Assembly (NCBI GenBank): GCA_012295275.1
Contig: CM022672.1
Coordinates: 15,252,001-15,316,000, forward strand
DNA: 64,000 nt
Direction of reading: 5' to 3'
Origin: Chrysomallon squamiferum
Lineage: Eukaryota; Animalia; Mollusca
Shown: in pieces, positions 56,385-64,000 of the stretch
Layout: every line of letters starts with the position of its first letter
Position numbering within the stretch: position 1 is the stretch's first letter
Notes under the pieces: generated by a model
The model's database searches: none
What the model saw: the letters and a program-made list of their open reading frames with translations, nothing else
Told to the model about the DNA's origin: nothing
Translations under genes and position numbers: made by a program

Positions 56385-56862
56385 ATGTTTATTTCTTTGT
56401 ATGCATCTCTATTTCTCTGTCTCTCTCTCTCTCTCCTTATCTGTCTTTCTCTCTTTCTATTTTTCTCTTTATCTCAGTTTTTCTCTCTCTTCCCTCTCTA
56501 GTTTTTATATTTTTAATCTCGTTTATGTTGTTTTATATTTCAGTAACACAATAATGACCTATATGCAGACTCAAACAGAAAGACAAATATATATATATTT
56601 TTTTCAGTGAGTTTGAAATACTATTCAATGAACTGAAGGTCACATGGTAAACTTCAAAAACATATGTATAAAGTGGCATTTATTATGCATAGTGTTGGTG
56701 TAGATGACAGTCTGGAAATGTACTTGTTTGTGTAGGTGGTGTACAACGTGAACAAAAAATGTTGTAGTTTATTTATTTATTTCTTATTTTCCTCGTATAA
56801 TTAATTTTTAAAACTAGATATTTCATTCAGACATTTATACATTTATTTTTACTTTTATATTT

Positions 56863-56904
<42 letters not shown>

Positions 56905-57924
56905 TTCATTCATTATTTCTTTCATTCAACCGTTCTTCAAAGTTCACTAGACTGTTTCGTGAATAAAATTTTCTTTGGCAATTATGTAGTTGTATCTTAT
57001 TTCGCCATATGACTAACAAAAACATGAGAAAACAGGTTTCGAAAATGACAGCCTTCATTTTTGTCAAATAAAAATTCAGCAAATTTGCAATAATTGTTTT
57101 TCTTTTAAAATAATGTCTTTCTTATACTTTATTTCAAAGTTTTATTGTTAATCATTCATAAAACGATTAGATAATTTCTGAAGAACTTTAAATTCAAATT
57201 AGAAAGAAGATGTTGCTTTGAAAAATCATTCTGCATATAGAGATAAAACGTAAAATAAAATCACTATTAAATGATCATTATAACTGACATTAATATGTAA
57301 CTTTAAAATTCTTCAGAGGATGTTTCTGTCATGGATTAATATCAAATCATCAAATAGACATAATATGTAAGAATTACAAACCTTGAAAATTAAATATAGT
57401 AAAACAAACAAATGATAATTTCAGATATATACTTAATTCAGATATTTAATGTTTTATAATATAATAAGAGTACACAATTTCTTTTTTTTTAAACAAGGAT
57501 GACTTGTAATAGCCGTATATTAAAAATAATACATTAAAACATCCACTGATTAAAGAATTAAAACAAATTTAGCACTAACAAAATGCTAACAATAAAACAT
57601 AAAACAAAAACAAAACAAAAACATGGAGAGTTAAAATAATAAAATTGACATTATGTATATAGCAATGAATAACAATAGCAACATTATTATTTATTTTTTT
57701 TTTTTTTTTTTAAATTCTAAAATTAAAAAAAAATATAAATACAGATTGTAAAATAAACAAAATAATGAAATTAACAGGTTTGTGTCAATAGTATAAATAA
57801 TGATTATAATTCTCTGAAAAGGATATAAATAATGTTATAAAATACGAATTAACATTCAGAAAATATTACTCACCAAATTATTTCAATGGGAACCAGTATA
57901 TCAACATACATTTTAAAAAAAAAC

Positions 57925-57984
<60 letters not shown>

Positions 57985-58510
57985 TAAATAAATAAATAAA
58001 TAAATAACAATAAAACCAATGTCTTTCACCAGTACATTTTGTGAACAGTGCAAGTATGACTAACATAAAACACAGCATACTTGACACAATTACAATGTGT
58101 AACCAATGGCACATAGTGTGACTGTGACAGTAAAGCATTTACGTATATTTGTCACAAGTCAAACTTTCTGACATACACAACTGTGACAGAAAACAGTGTC
58201 TCACAGTAAAGTTTGATAGAAGGAAACCTGGCAGGCCACAATGGAATACAGAGCTTTGACCATGTACAAACAACATAGGGAAGAATTGCTGAATGACAAT
58301 AGAAGAATGTTTCGGTGAAATATAAATTCAATTACATTAAAAAGAAATAATGGCTGCACAATTATAATAACGAAGTTTCATATTTATCTAGCATTCTGGG
58401 CAAAAAAAGATTAGCTTAAACTGAATTCAATGGACAAAAAAAAAAAAAAAAAATTTACAATACTATTTCTGGTAAATTTAAAACCAGACTATATAGAAAT
58501 AGGTAAAGAG

Positions 58511-58554
<44 letters not shown>

Positions 58555-58788
58555 ATTGAACCACTATTAGCTATAGTAAAGAAATTAAATAAAATAATAA
58601 TTTTAAAACTTTATAAATTTAAAAAAATAAAAAATAAAATAACTTAAGTCTTTCATACCAAAACGAACACGTCAAAACATATTCATATTTTGTTTTGGTG
58701 GAGGGGTGTGTGTGTATGTGTGTGTATATATATATATATATATTGTGTGTTCTTTCTGTTTTTTAATATTGCCTTTTCTTCTGACACA

Positions 58789-59500
58789 CATATTAGTATA
58801 CACATAAACAAACTCACTGGTCCACATATTAGTATACACATAAACAAACTCACTGGTCCACATATTAGTATACACATAAACAAACTCACTGGTCCACATA
58901 TTAGTATACACATAAACAAACTCACTGGTCCACATATTAGTATAAACACTGACAAATATTAGTACATACACATAATCACACTGCTACATATGAGTACATA
59001 CATACTGATACACACTGCACAAACATTAGTTAACACACATACACATAATCACACTGCTACATATGAGTACATACATACTGATACACACTGCACAAACATT
59101 AGTTAACACACATACACATAATCACACTGCTACATATGAGTACATACATACTGATACACACTGCACAAACATTAGTTAACACACATACACATAATCACAC
59201 ACATATGAGTACATACATACTGATACACACTGCACAAACATTAGTTAACACACATACACATAATCACACTGCTACATATGAGTACATACATGATACACAC
59301 TGCACAAACATTAGTTAACACACATACACATAATCACACTGCTACATATGAGTACATACATACTGATACACACTGCACAAACATTAGTTAACACACATTC
59401 ACTGATACACATATTAGTACACATACCACATTGAACAACACCAGTATAAACACAGACACACATATTAATACATACATACACTGACACACATTAGTAACCA
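58789..59500. repeat. Compound minisatellite: 36-bp x ~4.5, then 73-bp x ~6; related to the CA-rich tract at ~6600-7020
   Basis: CATATTAGTATACACATAAACAAACTCACTGGTCCA units, then ...CTGCTACATATGAGTACATACATACTGATACACACTGCACAAACATTAGTTAACAC... units. Both loci end in TTAGTAACCATG. Confidence 0.85.
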
Positions 59501-61099
59501 TGGAGATTAAATCCAAAAATTTCTATGCAGGACCCCTCAAAAATATTAAACCTTGTAATAGAGGTTCCTAAGTTAAGTGTCAAATCACTGATTAGCCACT
59601 GGCTATCTCATCCAGGGCAACGAACCCTTAGATCAGCCTGCATTCTGACACACTGACTTGTCAGACTGATAACTGGAGACACAAAAACAGTGTGAGCATA
59701 CACAAAGAACAGACCGGTTAGAAGATAATTTTCCTCTTCTATTTTTTTGTTTATAAAAGTCTCTATGTCTATAAAAAAGGAAATAAATGTTAAAACTGAA
59801 AAGGTACCTTTTTATTAATGTTTCCACTATGGAAAAGCACAAATGTTAAGTATTTTTTGTTAATAGTTTTAATTTTAATTTAAACATATAATTTTAAAAA
59901 TATCATAGATTTTAAAACTATCTAACAAATAAATATAATGTTAAAAGATTTGTGATTAAAACAACATTTTAAGTTTTAATTCACTAACTCACTATTCAAT
60001 AAATGTTAGTTATTTTAAACTACTTTAATTCATATTAATTCTGTGTCTGTGTTTCTGTAAACTGGGAATTGTTATTATTAATATACAGCTGTACTTGATA
60101 TATTTGTTATACATTGCAGTCCAAAATAAATAAATCAATCAATAAAATGATCCAGTTCAAACGCACATGGATACAAACTGAACTTAAGTACAAGTGGACC
60201 TCTTGGGATATCTGAGAACTCTACACAGACTCTTCAATTTGATCTATAGTTTCCTTTTTTTAAATTTACAGACAAATCTATACTTCTTAAATAGTATTTT
60301 TAAATTAAATTAAAATAAAAGCAGTTTATGTATGAAACTGTATTTAATATTCTGAATTTTTAAAATTATTTTAATAGAAGATTTTTCTTTTTAAAGACTA
60401 TTTTAGTTTTCTTTATAAATGCGTGTGTTTCTTGTTTGATATTAATAGTTTTAACTGATCTGCTAGCACATTTTACTGTAATCAAAACAGCAAAAACCAT
60501 GATCTTTGATTAATGTGGAACCAAGCAGATGTATCCTGTGCAAAACAAACAGTGTAATTTAAAAAAGCACTCACTGTACAAAAGAAAACTTTCACAGATT
60601 TACAAACTAACTTTTAGTAACTTGTCAACTGTACATTAACTGACAGTCTCCCGTTAGATCAATAATATTTATTTTATATACAATACATTTTCATTAAAAA
60701 AAGATATTCTTGTGGAGGACTGGTGAGAAAATTAAAACTTTATGTATCATAAACTGGATATATCATGTAAAACAACAGAAAAAAAAAAAGAATTAAATTA
60801 AAAAATAAATAAAATAGACAAAATAGGTAAAAAAAAAAAATTACAAAAAAGAAAAAGAAAAAGCTCTTTAGGATTTCCATAGATCAAAAACCATGAATAC
60901 AACTAACAGCATGACTCCAAATATTCATATAAGGAAAATCAAGTGTGATTCTGAGCTATAACAAATTAGTAAACAAGAAGTAAAACTGCTACGTCATAAC
61001 TGCAAGGTAACATGACTAATACAATACAACATAAATTACAGGTCTAATAAAAAATATATTAGTTTACTTACAGAGACCATACAAAAATAAAAGTATCAG

Positions 61100-61478
61100 T
61101 GATTGTCAAGTCACTGAAGTTTTGAAAATGTCTTGGCAGAAGAAGCATAGTACTTCTACGATTTGTACCATACTGAAGCAGAAGGAATCCACAAAAGATG
61201 TAACTCCAGCCAAAGGCGTTAAAATAATTTATCTGATCTGCAAGATACATGCACTTTACAAAACCAGTTTATTTCTTTACATTATCTTTTGTTTTGTTTT
61301 TTAATTTTCATTTATAAATACTTTTTTCTTATTTAAAAACACCTAACAAATCAAATTGGAACGGATTAATGGTATTTCAATTAATTTCAGTTGGGAAAGT
61401 TGATTTGATTTATGAGTAAATTGAGATACGAGCTCGGCCGCGGAACGAATTAAACTCGTAAGTCAAGGTACATGACTG
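61100..61478 (+). mobile_element. Degenerate Tigger/pogo DNA transposon remnant
   Basis: STSTICTILKQKESTKDVTPAKGVKII resembles the CENP-B/psq HTH of pogo transposases. GGAACGGATTAATGG...GGAACGAATTAAACTCGTAAGTCAAGG...ACTG resembles a Tigger-type 3' end (recognised from memory, not searched). Confidence 0.7.
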
Positions 61479-62262
61479 ACATACGGCGGAGCCTGCGTGA
61501 TGTTAAAATTCCACTTTCAGTTAATACTGGACACTACTTTTACAAGTCATCTCCTCATTTTGCAGCTCGGCAAGAGAGTTTTCCTTTCAGCATAAAGGCT
61601 AAACACATAAAGAAAACAGTTATAAAATGGGTGGGGGGCTTTAAGTAAATGAATACAGCTTCATATCTTTTTATCTGCATTTGTAAATATTGCACACCAC
61701 AAAATGCCAAAATAAGATTATAATTTCACTATAAAAAAAATCATTAGGATGATGAGCTGATGTTTCAGAATATGGTATCATTAATAAATTTCTCTAAACT
61801 CATAATTACTCAGTTTAAGATAAAATTCAGAAAAAAAAGAAGACAAAAATATCAAGATGGCTGACTTCTTAAAAATGTCCAGGTAATATTAATAATAAAA
61901 ATGGAGAGGTCAAGAAATATAATAAACTAAACAGTTCTTCAAGCTTTTCTGATGATGGGGAGGTCCATGACAAAAAGAACACCATAATGTTATGAAAAGC
62001 CACTATTAAAAAATTCCACACGGTTCACATGGACTATATAATATAACAGTGCTACAACAGCGACGCTGGCAGATTTATTGTGATTTGTTCTATACACTGA
62101 CAGAAAATAGACGTTCTCTTTGTGGCATTTTGATAGAATAATCAAATCGCGCCTATCTTTCCATGACGTCACGTTTTCAGTTAGGTTTGAGTGATAACAG
62201 GCTCAGGCTCACATATGCCATCTCATTGCAAGAATAGGGATATAGTAAAGTGAATTCTTCTC

Positions 62263-64000
62263 ATGTTCATTGTAATCTATAATCTGCCTGGATGTTCTCA
62301 AAACAAGCAGGATAATCAGACAGCTCAAATTAAATCCGATTCTACTAAGTCTTTGCAGGTATCAAGTCCAGATAGAAAAAGACCTATGAATGAAAGTGGC
62401 GGTGTTGTGGTCAGACCTGTTCTACAGGCAGGCAATTTTACGAATGAAGTTCCAACCGTTCCAATTCCAGACTACCAGTATATGCATGGTCACTCACCAG
62501 TTACAGACACATCTGAGATCTGTTACCCACCAAGTGTTCCAGGGGGAAACACAGTAGATGGAGACAGAATATCAGAATTAAGGGACTACAACAGAAACAT
62601 TATTAACCAGTTCACGGCTTCAAATACAGAATCAGATGAAAATAATTTAATTGTGCCAGTGATATCCAAAGACAGAACATTGCTAGCATGTGAGGAAAAG
62701 AAGATTAATATGTCTGAGAGTGTAAATGGAAATAGTGACAGAAGTACAAAGATAGAAGATAATGATGAATTGCAGCATTCCTGTCATTTACCACATTTCA
62801 ACGTTCTGTTATCTTCTATGAGAGGACAAGGTAAAAAATATAGATCATCTTCTTTAGAGAGTTCTCATGACAATGGACTGAATGATAATAGTCTGGTTCA
62901 GTCCACAGAAAAAATTTTCAGATTGAAAGTATAAATGAAATGAATGAATATTTGAATAATTCTACTGAATATTTTAATAAAGATATTATGGAGCCATATC
63001 TTCAAATTACTACTAATAGTTCTGTTGCTGATGATGAAAAATATGTCCCTTTGTCATTAACTGATTTTATAGATCCTCTAAATATTCAGAAACCTGCTGT
63101 AGAAAGAGCTACAAGTAAATTAAAAGTTGCTGAAAAGTTACTAGAAAATAAAACTGAAACACAAGCAAGAAGCTCTTCAGATGAATTCATGACCAAGACG
63201 TCATTTCTGTTGAACAAAAATGAAGAGAACACAGATAAAATGACAGTAAAGACTGAAGATACAAATGATTTCTCTGAATTCCACAAAAAAGATCAGCAAC
63301 TGGCAATAAATAATAGTGCTGTGAAGATAAATGCTACAGAGATAACAAGAACCCACTATGGTTACAAAGGAAGGAGTAAAACAAGATAAACTACCACTGC
63401 AGTCAAATTCAACTGAATCTTTAACATCTGGAGATGAAGGAAAATATACTCTGCCTGATAACATAAATGAAGGCCAGTGAATTGATTGAAGATGAAAGAA
63501 AAGATACTGTGCCTCATAAAATAAATGAAGCCAGTGCACTGATTGAAGATGAAAGAAAGATTCTGTGCCTGACATCATACGTGAAGTCAGTACATTGATT
63601 GAAGATGAAAGAAAAGATACTGTTCATGATAACATTAATGAAGCCAATTCACTGACTGAAGATGAAAGAAAAGATGCAGTACCTGATAACATGCATGAAA
63701 CCAATGCATTGACTGAAGATAAAGGAAAAGATGCTGTGCCTGATAACAATGAAGCCAGTGCATTGATTGAAGATGAAAGAAAAGATACTGTGCCTGTTCA
63801 TGATGAAGCCAGTGAACATTAAAGGAAATGAAGTACCCAAGAAGCCAACATTGACTGAAGATGAAAGAAAAGATGCAGTACCTGATAACATGCATGAAAC
63901 CTGAAGATGAATTGAATTGAAAAGATGATAACATGCATGAAGCCAGTGAATTGACTGAAGATGAAAGAAAAGATACTGTGCCTGATAACATGCATGAAGC
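62263..64000 (+). pseudogene. Long frameshifted coding region for an acidic, disordered protein with C-terminal 19-aa repeats; product unknown, runs off the window
   Basis: Consecutive ORFs 62263-62934, 62940-63389 and 63565-63822 join through single-base shifts, for example at GAAAAAATTTT ~62910. S/N/E/D/K-rich. Could be a real exon with sequence errors. Confidence 0.5.
63425..64000 (+). repeat. 57-bp coding-type tandem repeat, about 10 copies
   Basis: Unit GATAACATGCATGAAGCCAGTGCATTGACTGAAGATGAAAGAAAAGATACTGTGCCT = DNMHEASALTEDERKDTVP. Confidence 0.9.

Overview
AT-rich, microsatellite-dense eukaryotic DNA with spliceosomal introns. It is probably from a mollusc, and the repeat and gene content resembles an octopod cephalopod (inference only). 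Positions 215-2061 hold the last five exons of a cytochrome b561/ferric-chelate reductase (FRRS1-like) gene. Positions ~9.0-12.7 kb hold a higher-order array of ~84-nt exon-like units that flips into a ~710-bp inverted repeat. Positions ~12.7-60 kb are a mosaic tandem duplication with a ~13-kb period: [intronless CYP2-clan P450]-[dermatopontin/hemagglutinin-amebocyte aggregation factor (HAAF)-like gene]-[degenerate spacer]. There are four HAAF/DPT-like genes, each with five coding exons; three are intact and one is frameshifted and chimeric. All three P450 copies are broken, each in a different way. Other elements: a Mutator-like insertion with a 9-bp TSD, a TA-flanked Tc1/pogo MITE, a Tigger remnant, several minisatellites that expanded in only one paralog, and a frameshifted acidic-repeat coding region at the right end. 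No prokaryote-type system (such as CRISPR) and no rRNA or tRNA gene was recognised. The best novelty candidates are the diversifying HAAF/DPT array, an intronic minisatellite made of splice-donor consensus sites, a potentially spliceable transposon, and the exon array with its fold-back.
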